A DNA stretch of 45,827 nt, filler included, from Jimgerdemannia flammicorona (GCA_003990765.1; 2 parts of 2 records of this genome joined end to end with filler, not necessarily neighbours in it), one strand, 5' to 3'; counted from the first letter of the whole stretch, positions 9,961 to 22,970 are shown. Numbers and translations: made by a program. The notes: generated from the letters alone by a model not told the origin.

Positions 9961-12405
9961 TTACTCTTCTTTTCTCTCTCCTCTTTACCCCCCCTCTCTT
10001 CTCTCTCTCTCCTCTTACCCACTTCATACCCCCTCTTCTTTTCTACTCCTGATTCTCATCATATTATTTGATCATACTCACTGAATAATACAATGCCCTG
10101 ATACTGTCCTGTGCTCTTCTCTTTCATGCTATGGGCTTTTATCTCTTCCTCAATACCCTCTGATTGCCAGATTATATCTTCCTTCTATTTTTTCTTTAAT
10201 CCATCACTCTTGTTTTGTGTTTTTATTATCTTCTGGTGCCTTTGGTTCTTCTAAAAAGGATTAAAAAACATCCTTGCCCCCTCCAGGGTCTTATGCTTGC
10301 TCTGGGGTCTTGGTCTTTACTCTACTTCCCTCTGCTATCTTTGGCTCCTTACTTTACTTAAACTCACTGTAGCTCACTCTGTTTTAATCTCATCCCTCAC
10401 TCATACTCACCTCTTTGAGATCTATAGATATTTTTTAATCTCAATTTGGATTTGTTTTATTTATGTTTGTTTGTGATTTTTATTCTATAACTATGATTGG
10501 CTCTTTCTTTATCTCTATTTATCTCTGGCAGTCATGTGGTTCCTAATTTGGTTACTCCTATATTGTGGTGTATTTTCTCTTTTAGAATATCATATTTTAT
10601 ATATAAGAATTATGCTTTTGTATGACAATAATAAACAGCTAATGGATTTTCAGTTATATTTTTTATTTGTCTCCCTTATACATGTCTTTCTATATATCTT
10701 CTATCTACTTTGACCCTGGCTCTAGGTTTATTTCTCTGGCTCCCACTGAGCCTTCTTTCTCTACTGCTTACAATAATATTAATATACTTTTCTGCTAATC
10801 CCAATGAACTAGAAAAAGGATATACCAAGAAACTACACCCTAAAGGAAGCTCCTCTGATCATTAAAGTACAAGAAGATCTCATCTGAAAAGAATATCAGA
10901 AAGCCCACCAAGAATAGGCAAATATAGAAGAGAAGCTATAAACAATATATTAATATTGGCCCAATCTCAGAATATAAGTTCAGAATATACTCAAGAATGT
11001 AATATATATCAAAAGTACTAAAAAAGGAAGAACTATCAAGCACCACTATAACTAATTGTACCACCAGACAACATCTTTTAGAGATGAGAAGTAGATGTAA
11101 TTAGACCTCTACTAATTATATAAAAAAGGAACAAGTATATTCTTATATTTGTAGAATACCTGACCAAATGGTCTGAGGCTTTTCCAATAGAAATTGCTGA
11201 TGCCTTGACCATTGTTGGCCTTCTCCATAGACTCATACTCAGATATAGACCCCCAGGAGAACTTATCTCTGACTGAGATATAGAATTCATCAATAACAAA
11301 TTACAAGTTATATCTGAATTCACAAGATCCATCTCAAATAGACCACATTATATCACTCTCAGACCAATGGCATAACAGAGAGAATAAACCAGACTATTAA
11401 GAAAGAACTTGCCTGAGTTAATCCTACTAACTAAAACCTCTGCTTATCTGAGATTCTATGGGAAATTTGGAACTCTACCAAACAAAAGCCCTTTGAGATG
11501 ATATTTGCTAAGAAAATTAGAACTATTGATCATAAGAACCTCAGAGACCTCCTCAAGAAGATAGAACAGTTATGTAATCAAGCATGAGTTCAGATTATTA
11601 AGACTCAAGAGAGACAAAAGAAGTACTATAACTAGAAGTAGGAAGATTAGAAGATCACAATTGGAGATCAAGTATTATTTTGAAGAAGTATAATTGAAAT
11701 AAACTTTGCTACCAAACTGGAGCCCAAATGGAAAGGACCTTATCTTATACACAATATTAGAGAAACTAACATTTATTTAAAAAGTATAAATAAATGAATC
11801 CTGAGAACACCAGTATACATCAACTATCTCAAGATATACCTCTCCCCATATTATGAACCAGATAATTGACCAGTATCTCCAGACTCTTGTTCTGAGTTCA
11901 TTTCAATTACTTTTAGTTCTCCTTCCACAATTTTGCCAAACCAATGGAAACTCCCTCCAATGAATTCAGATCCATCAGGAGAACTTTACCTTGGCCAGAT
12001 GTTTACTATAAGTCTACTAGCTACAGATCAACTATGTAATTGGAGAACAGTTACAAAACCTTCTAGTTATAGATCTAACCTACATCAGAAACTCCACTAG
12101 TCTGATCTGGAAAAACATCACTGCTGTAGACAGATTGTATATAATTTACAAATGAAATATCTCAGTACTTATATAGATATAATTCTCTCTGAATAACATA
12201 CAAAATATAAATCCTACTATCTATCTGAGTATTATTAATTATGTTGAAATTCTATTTCCAGAGAAAGAAGAAAACTATATTAAATAAAGTGACTCAGATC
12301 CAAATGAGAATAATAGTTCAGATATTAATACTGAGAATGCTTATATATATTGAGATAATGACTAAAGGATAGTCTGAGGACAGACTATTCTTTAGTAGGG
12401 GCTGA

Positions 12406-13667
12406 TGTGATGAGTAGCAGAATTGTACTATCAAAATCATAAATTAGCCACATATCATATCTAGTGTACTAAGTAATTAAGACTGCTTACTATGCTAATC
12501 TATATAATTAGACAGAGATATCAGAAAAGTATATTTACCTATATTGGTCCAGTATACTATACTGAGTGGATACACTATATTATCTAGATATATCTGCTAT
12601 AGATAGTAATCTATAATTAGCAATATAGTAATCAGATAGCAAATATAACTATATAAAATATCCCAGAGATAAGAGTGAATAAACCTCAGTCCAAAATTGA
12701 ATCTAAAGCAACAGTATTTCCTTTCTACTCCAGTCTCCTTTCTGATACAAAGCCTTGGTTTGCTTATCAGATAAGCCTGAAGAATTTGAGTAAATCTACT
12801 ACTTAAGAAAGAGTCACTATTTTTAAGAAGTCTACTATCTTATATAAAGCTAGTCTGTTGATGCAACTTTGCAGTGAACTTGTTTGTACAAATGAAGCCA
12901 GTCTTGATATAACTTTGTTAAGAAAGTTATTTTCTAAAGAAGTCTGTCAATTCAGGAAGAATCTGTATTATCTGCTACTTTTAAGAGAATCCACCATTTC
13001 TAGAGAGCCTATTATTCTTACCACAAGCCAGTCTATCTGATATAACTTCACAGTGAAGCTAGTCTATAATATAACTCTATGCAAACAAAGTCAGTCTTTG
13101 GCATAACTTGCCAAGAATCTGAGTTAACTAAATTGTCTAAATTATCTGAGTTATTGAATTATCTGCTATCTGAGTTATTTCCCAAAAATCTACTGATTCA
13201 GAAAGAATTCACATCATCTGAGTTATCTAAGTTATCTAAGTTATTTGAATCATCTGAGTTATTCAAACTATCTAGTATTCTCAAAGAAACCTACAGATTT
13301 AGAAGAATTTGTACCAAATTGAATTCCTCATTAAATATAGAATGCTATCAAGATCATTATGCAGAAATTACATAAGGAACCCACTGTGCTATACAGAGAT
13401 CATCATACTATATCAGAGATCATCATGCAGAAATTGCCTATATAAGAAACATCTGCACTATACAAAATCACTACTATACTCAAGAACTTATTCTAATAAA
13501 GAAATCACTCATAGATATCTAGCTTTGACTATTATATCACTAAACATCAAGGATCTCAGGAATCTTAGAACATTTTATTACTTTTTGACAAAGTAACTAG
13601 GGGCTCAAGATAAACTACATCAATCTTCAATCTTGTAATTTGCCTTCATTAAGCCAGATATATTACA
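12406..13667 (+). repeat. 3' LTR of B1 (about 1.26 kb)
   Basis: TGTGATG...TATTACA, preceded by purine tract AGTAGGGG; homologous to 24231-25467. Confidence 0.85.
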
Positions 13668-15821
13668 ATACTAATGAGAGACTATCTGAACTATACTAAA
13701 TAGTGCTCTAAATGAGCTAATCTAGATCAGATTCAAATCTCATCTAGATCAACTTAGATGAAATTTGAATCTCATTTGGATCAATTTGAATCAACCATTG
13801 TTTTGATTTCCAAATTAGACAATTAAATGTTTATATTAATAACTTAATGAATAATTATCCAATTCTGATAATCTTAGTATCATTTGAAAGCTCTTAATAA
13901 AACCTTTCTGATGATATATATTAAGAATATTGAAATTAGCTCATATATTACTGAATTATCAAGAAAAATGTCTAGCTTACTAATTTTGAAAATTTCTTCA
14001 AAAGAATATTTTCCTTGATAGCTCAGTAATATATAATCTGATTTTAATATTTTTGATATCATTAGAAAGGTTTTATTAAGAACTTTTAAATAACACCAAG
14101 ATCATCAAAATTAGATAATTATTTATTAAGTTATTGATATAAATATTTAATTGTTTAATTTGGAAATCAAAACAATAGTTAATTTAAATCAATCTAGATG
14201 AGATTTGAATTCCATCTGAGTTGATCTGAATGAGATTCAATCTGAATCCAATCTAAATCCATCCAGATTAAATTGACTCATTCAGAGCACTAATATTAGA
14301 TATAGATATAGTACTTAGTGCTTTAATGAGTTAGAATACAGTCATATAGTATATATGTAAACTGATATATTAAGAGATCAGCTAACTATTGAGTTAGTAT
14401 ATAGCTATATAGTATAGGACTGATCTAACTATACTAATAACTGTTAAGCTATTTATAGGTTTAGATACTATCTAGATGCTCTTTAATAAGATCACTATTG
14501 ATGATATTATCTCTGATAAAGTAGTTATCTAGAAAGAGCAGTTCTTGGATTATATTTCATTATTTATTCATATAATAATATATTGGAACCATATCACTAT
14601 TTCACAAGATGGTATCATCTGTCTTATATATATACTAGATAGAGTATTAGTGAGCAGAGAAGAGGTATATTATTTTTACTTTCATTGACTTCACTATTAG
14701 TATATCTTCAGTAGATTACAGTACTATATATTATAGAGTTATAGTAAGCTAGTAACTATTTATACTCAGAAGGTAGAGTTGTTGATTCTATATTAAAGAT
14801 TGTCTAAAAGTATGAATTATATATATTTTCCAGTCTCTTCATTATAGTTAAAGTAGTCAGATATAAATGTAGATTAGTACTTATACCAGTGGTCATTATT
14901 TCAATAGATCTTGTAAATAGTGATGAACTATTATAAGTTTATTGATAAGTTAGTAGAGTGATCAGAGTTGACAGAGATCCTTAGCTAGAGATTATATCTA
15001 TATTAGAGAGATTATTGTCTTCAGCTTCATTATTGTTAAACTAAATTATATTATAGATATCCTTTATAGTATATCTAACTTAGAGTATTTATAGAATATA
15101 GTCATCAGAGTGTGAGAAGGGTCTGTCTATAGTTTGAGTATATTTGATATACTTGTGGTTGAGTTCTTGTACTATATTATTTATGACTATAAGTTAGTAT
15201 AATAACCATTTTAGTGATAATAACTTGGGGGTAAAAAATAATAGTGCTGTACTTATAAAAGAGTTCTTGGTATTTGCAGACAATGAGTTTCTGATATTGT
15301 AACATCTTAGTAATATCTATATCATAGTAGTGATTAACTATATCTTCTAGGAGGTAGCTGATTTAATGGTAGTTTGAGATTTGTCTGATTGAGTGGATCT
15401 CACTAAGTATATATATTTAGAGCATTCCATCAGACTTCTACAAAGTAGAGGAGTACTAAGCTATAGATATTCATGAGAGATAGAGGTACTGTAGCTCAAT
15501 TGATAATAGCATTCCAAATATCAGCATAGATATAGTTATAGATTTTAGTGATCATAGCTGAGTATATATTTGAGAGTTATAGTTATAGTTTCAGTTTGTT
15601 GTGATTTTTTATTTTAGTATACTATATGTTTGGTATATATTCTTTTAGTCCTGATTGATAAGGTTTTATTTCTATATCTCTTGTATACTGTGACTTTAAG
15701 TTAACTTAGCTTCATAATCTGTAACTTTGATTTGACTCAGCTTTATAATCTTGTATATGATTTCTAAATTTATTCTGAGAGTAATATGTAATTTTGATGG
15801 CTTGAAGATTGTATACTTATA
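13668..15821 (-). repeat. Old, heavily decayed LTR related to the element A LTR
   Basis: 13668-13700 plus 14293-14523 align to 31-283; 15720-15821 aligns to about 925-1027 (gattgtatacttata vs ggttgtgcgcttaca). Confidence 0.8.
13701..14292. mobile_element. hAT-family fold-back MITE, 592 bp
   Basis: TIR TAGTGCTCT(A/G)AATGAG; arms of about 270 bp inverted; 8-bp TSD ATACTAAA/ATATTAGA, empty site ATGCTAGA at 56-63. Confidence 0.92.
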
Positions 15822-17193
15822 AGTTATTTTACTAAAGAAAATAATATAATCTATATACTATTATTTATATTCTCATAATATTCCAAAAGATCTTATTTAT
15901 TATTTACTAAATACTTAGTAGGATATTGTATATTATGTATAAATAATATTTATAAATAGGTATAGGTTCTATTTGAAATAATAAAGTCTGATCTTTTACT
16001 AGCTTCTTTAGTAAGACCAATCTAATAGAACCCTAAGTAGAAATTCAGAGTTTTATAAAATTAGACTTCATTTTATAATATGACTAGAATGTTACTGATA
16101 AGAGATAAAGACTGATGGTCTTTATTAGTTACTTTATTAAGCTTTCTATAATTTGTATAGAGTTTAAGAGAAAATTCTCTTAGTTTACTTCTTTTTTTTA
16201 AGACTAGTACTATTAGTAATAACTATAGACTAATAGTTTTCTTGATAATACTAGCTTCCTCTATCTACTTGATCATCTCTCTGAGTTAATTCTAATATGC
16301 TAACAGAATTGATCTTGCTTTTTGATAAATTAACTCTATATTTTCTATATTAATATCATAATAGTAATATGATATTTTCTCTTTGATATTCTTGAAATCT
16401 ATAATAAAAATATCTTTAAATTTATAAAATAGCTTCATGAGTTCCTCTTTGAGTAAAAACTCATTTCCAATAGTATAGCTATACTTATTAGTAGTTTTTT
16501 TTTTTCTTATTGTTCAATTTAGTAACTTGATACTATTAAAGACTTCTCTTTTTATGAATCTGAATCTCTTCTTTTCTCTTTTTATTTCTTCTGGCTTCTT
16601 GACATCTATATCTTGGGAAAATTAGTATCTATATTAGCTAGTTTTCCTTTTTGACTATAAAAGAAATTATAGAGTTATAATTTCTAATAATAAGTAAAAT
16701 TTTCAAAATATAATCTAAATTAATAACTTCTTCTTCAATAAAGATTTCACTTTTGGCTAAACTACTCTTTATCTTGAGATCTTCAATATAGTTTTTTAAA
16801 ATATTTATCTTCAGACTCATTATACATAAGTAGTATCTAAAGTTTGAGAACTATATTCTCAACTATTATAATATCTATTCCTGCTATATTTTCTAACTTA
16901 TATTCTAGCAAAACTATATCAGAGTAAAGTGTCTAAATCTTGATCCTAATTTTTTCTTTATCATTACTATCTTTTAGAAGAACTGATAGTTCATTCTTCT
17001 TTCTCTTTTACTTCTATATTTTCTTTAGAAGTCTTTTTCTTTTCTTAATAATAGATCTTTTTAGGTTTGATGATATATTAGTAGTAATTATCAATATACT
17101 CTATATAATACATCTGAATTTCATATAGATAGATTTCTTAAGAAGTATATCCTTTAGTAATTTTCTTATACTAATCTTTTTTACTAATCTATC
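15822..17193 (-). mobile_element. Very decayed Ty3/Gypsy 'C' gag-pol fragment; probably continues at 22485-22870
   Basis: Minus strand TLNFYLGFY*IGLTKEASKRSDFIISNRTY (RT region) near 15960-16050 and a YIDD-like remnant near 15830-15860. Confidence 0.6.
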
Positions 17194-17359
17194 TATTGTG
17201 AAATACTGGAATTTGAGGGATAAAGGAGCAATCTTTATTGATATATGCGAAGCGCGTATTTACGCGTTGATGACGTTTCCACTGATGACGTCCTCACACG
17301 TGAGCTGCGCCACCTTCATGTGAGCTACATACCGAGTTGATTAGCTAGAAATCTCAACA
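17194..17359 (-). repeat. Copia 3' LTR
   Basis: 9 transitions relative to 22314-22479; TGTTG...CAATA. Confidence 0.97.
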
Positions 17360-17697
17360 CTCCCGCTCAACGAGATATGCGCTCAAACTGCAGAAATGCA
17401 TGCTAACTAACTAATGAATACAATGCAGGAAACGATAGGTAGAATGAGTGCTATCTATTAACCTAAAAATGTCTGAATTCCCTGCTTATAAGCACTAAAA
17501 TAGGTAGAATATGTAGTAGAAAGGGTGCGCTAGGAACTGATAAACAGTCCGAATGTCCGAAATGGATGTCCGCTTGAAATGTTTGCTTGCTTGCTTGCAA
17601 ATAGAAATACAGTATGGATGTGCAATGTTCATAGGGGATGTAAGATGTATATGTTGGAGACTTTTCGCCATTAGGAAAGTCTCATGATTTGCGTCGA

Positions 17698-20600
17698 TTA
17701 TTGTTGTTGTTGGTGGTCCCTGAATCCTGGCCGTAGCGTAGGGTTGCTCGTAAGATACATTCCTTGCACGCAGTGTTTGAATTTTGGCCTCGGAAGGGCC
17801 TTCGTAAGAGAATCCGCTGTCATAGACTCCGTTGGCATATATTCCAGGCATATAGTACCGTTTTCCACGCATTCGCGTATATAATGATGTTGAATGTTGA
17901 TATGCTTAGTCCTTGCATGATGTATAGAGTTCTTTGCTAATGCAATCGTAGATTGATTATCCTATAAGATCAGCGTAGAGTCTCATTCCTGAGTATACCC
18001 TAATTCCTTTAGTAATTTCCATAGCCATACGGCTTCCTTAGTTGCTGTGGACAACGCTTGATATTCCGCTTGCATAGAGGATGTGGCCACCGATGATTGC
18101 TTATATGTTTGCTATGAGATAACCCCTTTGCCAATATGGAAGAGATATCTGGTCGTAGAGCACCAGTTGTCGAGGTCGCCGGCCCAATCGGCGTCACAAG
18201 CTCCGGAGACACGTACGTGACTCCCGCTTTGTCCTTTATCACCGCCCAAACTGAGCATATAGTCCGCTGTTCCTTTGATGTACCTGAATATGTGCTTAAT
18301 TGCCGTCCAATGCAAGTTGTCATAGTATGAGGCGTACTGCACCACTTTGTTTACTACATAGGAGATGTCTGGTCATGTTCCTTGCATAAGATATATAAGG
18401 GATCCCACCGCTTGTCTATAGGGGATGTTCTTGTCGGGCATAGGGTCACTTTTCCTTAGCCTCATCATAGTTTCCATTGGCATCACCACTGGCTTACAAT
18501 CGCTCATCCTGAATCGTTCAAGTACTTGCTTAGCGTAGGTGGCTTGGGATAGGTGTATAGCACGCTCGTTTCTGTCACGTGTAATCGCTATCTCCAATAA
18601 GAAGGACGCGTCGCCTAAGTCTGTCATCTCGAATTCCTAGCATAGCATAGCTTTTACTTCATTAACTTGGCTCCTCTTGCCAACAATTATGATGTCATCA
18701 ACCCATATCCCCAAGTATACCGTTCCTGAGGATGTATGTCACGTATATATACATGGATCCGCTTCGCACCGCTGAAATCCGTTGTCAAGCAGATATTGAT
18801 CAATCTTCCGATTCCATAGTCTCGCCACTTGCTTGATTCCGTATAACCCTTTACGTAGTTTGCATACGAGCTCTTTCCGCCCGTCGTATAGTTCGTATCC
18901 TTGCAGCTGTTAGACGTATAGTTCTGTATCTACGTCACCGTTCAGGAACGCAGTCTTAACATCCATCTGCTGTATTTCGTAATCGTACTCAGTGCCGATA
19001 GCCAGTAGTATGTGTAGAGAAGTGAGCTTGAATACGAGAGAGAACGTCTCGTCATAGTCTATGCCGTAATCCTGTGAATATCCCTTAGCAACGAAGCATG
19101 CCTTATACCGCTCTACGCTTCCATCGCTTTGACGCTTAACTTTATATACCCAACGAGATCCTATAGCTTGACGATCCCTCGGAAGAGGTACTAGATCCCA
19201 AGTACTATTGCTGATGAGCGAATTATACTCTTCATCCATCGCTCGCTTCCACTCCTTGCTATCAGGGGAGGATACGGCTTCGTCATATGATCGTGGATCC
19301 ACCGTTGTTAAGTATGCGCACTCACAAGCATAGTTCACGTGATACTTGCGTCGGGTCTTCAGAACATTCCAATAGTCTCCTAGATCTGTATCCAATGTCC
19401 TGGATTTGCGCTTTTGTTTACCTTTCGTAGATGGGAGAATCGTCTCCGCTTCGCTAGTCTCGTCATTGCTATCCCTTATCTCAGTTATCCTCGGTCCAGG
19501 AGGTGGCGAAGGAATCCTCACCGGGATAGGTGACATTTTCGGGGGTGTCTTCAGGGGTGTGACCGGAGGACTCACCGGAGGCATAGTACTGGCCACCGGA
19601 GGTGTAAGGTTGATTGCCGGGGGCATTCCCGGAAGCATATGTGTAATCGTAGTCGTCTTCTCGATATTCACGTATGAATCCTGTATGCCGGGTTCCTTGA
19701 ATGTAATGTCACGAGAGTTAACAATTCTCCGCTTCCTTGGATTCCACAGCCTATACGCTTTGCAACCGTTGCTATACCCGAGGAATACATGCTTAGTAGC
19801 CTTTGGATCAAACTTATCCTTATTTCTGCTTTTATCTAGCACGTAGGCTTCACTTCCGAATATGCGTAGATGTGAGATATCGGGCCGATTTCCACTCCAT
19901 AGCTGATGTGGCGTAGCATTATCCTCGTTCCTGAATTGCTGATCGTTGCCACAAGCATCCTTGCTTAGAGCTCGAGAAATACACCTATTGCATATATACA
20001 CTGCCATATTCACCGCTTCAGCCCAAAAGGGCTTCGATAGATCAGCCGCGTTGAGCATTGTACGGGCCATCTCCACTACCATTTGGTTAAAATGCTCCGC
20101 TACGCCGTTCTGCTGAGGCATATAGGGAGCCGTCGAATGGTGTTTTATCCCGTGTCTCGTCAAGAAGTTCTTGAACTGATTATTAACGTACTCCTTGCCG
20201 TTATCTGAGCGTAGTGCTCGAATTTTACATCCGGTCTCATTTTCGACGATAGCCTTGTATTCTCTGAATTTTTCCAAAGCTTTGCTCTTCGCCGCCATAA
20301 GGTATACGTAGACCTTGCGCGTATAGTCGTTGATGAACGTAATAAAATACTTCTTCCCGGAGTGTGATTTATTTCTCGCAGGTCCCCATACGTCTGAGTG
20401 TACCAAATCGAGTATCCCTGAGGCTCGTTTCGTCCATTCCTGGAAGGGTTGTTGACAGGCCTTGTTCATCGCACAATCATCACATGGCATATGGTCCGGG
20501 CATAAGTTGTCTGAGAGTCCGCTCACTGAACCGTTCCTTATCATATGTTCGAGGCTTGTCAGGCTGATATGTCTGAGTCTCCGGTGCCAGGTATACGCTA

Positions 20601-22239
20601 CGCTGGTCGTTCCAGACCATGCTGCATTCGCCGCAGCTGCGCCACTTGGCGTTCTGTTTATTACATATAAGTATCCATGCTTCCTGGTCGTTAATGCTTC
20701 TTTGCCGTCGAGATCGTATATCTTCACGCCATCACACATTCCTGAGATTCGCTTATCCCCTCGTGCTAGCATTCGACCCATCGAGAAGAGGTTCTTTCCT
20801 ATCCCTGGAGCATACAGTACGTCCATAAAGGTCGCATAGGGTTCCTTAACGTTTCCATGCAAATACATGCCGACGTTGCCCTTCCCCTGAGCATATATAA
20901 CCTTATTATCACCCAATCTGATATACACGGGGTTGTCAAAGGGTTCGTATGTAGAGAACCACTCGTGGTGTGAAGTCATATGCTGGGATGCGCCCGAATC
21001 TAGGAGCCAGATGTCCTCTTCATCGCATGCAATATTAGCGCTCGGTGTATACTCATCTCTGGCGCTGGCGCACGTGCTATTTACGTTACCGCCACTTTTC
21101 GCACCTTGAAAAGTATTCCGAATGTCGGGTTCCGTAGATGTCGAGCAAGCGCATTTGCAGGTAGAACTGGCGCTAGTGGATGTAGAACTAGATCTCGTAG
21201 ATGTCGGGGTGGCTTGCGCATTTTTCACCGGTCCAAAAGGGTCTGAATCTACATCAGCGAAGAACAATCCTCCCTTATCGGCATTAGAATCTGTGCTATT
21301 CGCTTGCTTGCCACTCTTTTCTTTCTTTCCACCCTTGTCCTTTTCCTTTTTCATGCATTCATTCGCACGGTGTCCATACTTGCTGCAATAATAGCAGCTC
21401 CTGTCGAATTTCTCTGATTGGTCTTGGCCTTGCTGGCTTTTGTTGCGCTGGCTTTTGCCGTGTTGACCCTTGCACTGCTTTTTGCCTCGTCCACGCGAGC
21501 CGTAGAGTGCTCTTTCGTCATCGTCATTCTCCTGTGCCTGAGATTCCACGTTCTGGAGGCTCGTTATCATGTATTTGTAGTCCGAAAGCTTACCGCTCTC
21601 CCTCATCGCGATGACAATGATATTATATGCCTTGGGAAGGCCACGTATAAGGGCCAGGACCTTGTCGTCGTCCTTGATGTAATCTGCTGGTGCACTTAGA
21701 GCATTAATGTGATTCATCAGCTCGTCAACCCGATCGGCGTATTCACGGATCATCTCCTTGGACTTCATCCATAGGCTGAATAGTTGCGATTTCAAGTGGA
21801 ATCTGTTCGAGGCGGAGTCCTTTTGGTGTAGATTGCATAAGATCTCCCAGGCTTTGTTTGCTGTTGTAGCATAGATGATGTGTTTCAGTTGTGTGTTAGA
21901 TAGTGTGAACATAATCTCGCATAAGGCTCTCTCGTCGTTAGCGACATTGTATCTCATAATTTGTGCTTGCGGCTTCCAGTAGTCCGCCAAGCCACATTCG
22001 ATAAGGAGATTCTTCATATGATAGGCCCAGATTGCGTAATCTTTCCTGTCGAAGACAGGGATGGACCTCTTGGACGTTTGCACTGTCGTAATAGCTGCTG
22101 GGGCTGGAATTGACGTTGTCATGACGGTCGTAGTAGTTGCCGCTGGGGCTGTTCCAGTACCCGTTCCGGTACCCATTCCGGCATCCATTCCGGTACCCGT
22201 TCCGGCACCCACCGAGGGACTCCCTGGCATATTCGACAT
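17698..22239 (-). pseudogene. Copia Gag-Pol polyprotein (1514 codons; first stop after codon 1109)
   Basis: CYYCSKYGHRANEC, WLLDSGASQHMT, WHRRLRH..CDDC, LVHSDVWGP/RSDNG/NGVAE, QMDVKTAFLNG, GIWVDDIII, CDADWAGD, RTKHINI, ADSLTKAL. Confidence 0.95.
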
Positions 22240-22301
22240 CTCTTTTGCGCGTAGAGTAGTATAGCATATATTAAAGAGGTGTTTTGGTTAGCCACTAACC
22301 G

Positions 22302-22313
22302 GGGCTCATAACC
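22302..22313 (-). promoter_or_regulatory. PBS for half-molecule tRNA-iMet priming
   Basis: GGTTATGAGCCC abutting the LTR, as in Drosophila copia and yeast Ty5 (anticodon stem-loop priming). Confidence 0.88.
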
Positions 22314-22479
22314 TATTGTGAAATACTGGAATTTGAGGGATAAAGGAGCAATCTTTATTGATATGCATGAAGTGCGTATTTACGCGTTGATGACGTTTCC
22401 ACTGATGACATCCTCACATGTGAGCTGCGCCACCTTCACGTGAGCTACATACTGAGTTGATTAGCTAGAAATCTCAACA
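22314..22479 (-). repeat. Copia 5' LTR
   Basis: Direct repeat of 17194-17359. Confidence 0.97.
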
Positions 22480-22870
22480 CTATCTAATCTTTATATTTTT
22501 TTTTTCTTTTGAGTAATTACTATATAAATCTCTTCATCTTATTCACTAACTTCTTTCTCTATCTTAAGAAGTACTCTTTTATTGATATTGATTGAAATTT
22601 ATATCTTTTATCCTCAGTATACAATTTATATCTTTTGAGTATTTATATATATCAATTATTGCTCTTATCTTATAAAGTTACTAGTTGCTAAAGAGGGTTT
22701 CATAGTTAGTAATATTAGTAATAATTATATTCTCTTAAATAATTATTACTCTAAACTTAATGAATATTCTTAGATCTTTTTCAAAAATATAACTCTAATA
22801 TTATTAACTATGATAAATACTAGTTTTGTAGCTTCTTTAATTTCTCAACCTAAGTGGTCTTATACTTTCT

Positions 22871-22970
22871 NNNNNNNNNNNNNNNNNNNNNNNNNNNNNN
22901 NNNNNNNNNNNNNNTTAATTAATTAANNNNNNNNNNNNNNNNNNNNNNNNNNNNNNNNNNNNNNNNNNNN
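22871..22970. other. Assembly gap with artificial TTAATTAATTAA spacer
   Basis: N runs flank a 12-mer with stops in all six frames; followed by poly(A) 22971-23063. Confidence 0.95.

Larger units (their letters stand above)
6297..10765 (+). mobile_element. Penelope-like retroelement, apparently endonuclease-deficient, with direct pseudo-LTRs and an inverted partial copy
   Basis: Direct repeat 6620-7120 / 10259-10765; 6300-6633 is the reverse complement of 6788-7120; PLE RT motifs in between; no TSD. Confidence 0.88.
5925..13667 (+). mobile_element. Decayed Ty3/Gypsy 'B1' (RNaseH, integrase, 3' LTR), interrupted by element A and the Penelope-like element
   Basis: 5930-6296 reads APILICPNLQKPFILYTD...NYSSTKLECLAV...LITDHIALKWL; resumes at 10766 with integrase (FVEYLTKWSEAF, QTNGITERIN, KLEPKWKGPY); collinear with 36020-36946. 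Confidence 0.9.
17194..22479 (-). mobile_element. Full-length Ty1/Copia LTR retrotransposon
   Basis: 166-bp LTRs at 17194-17359 and 22314-22479; 5-bp TSD CTATC (17189-17193, 22480-22484); PPT GAGCGGGAG; PBS; complete domain set. Confidence 0.98.

Noticed and set aside
17495..22267. Alternative-frame and antisense ORFs inside the Copia
   Set aside because: They overlap the Gag-Pol frame and have no independent evidence.
22915..22926. TTAATTAATTAA palindrome
   Set aside because: Artificial contig spacer inside N runs.
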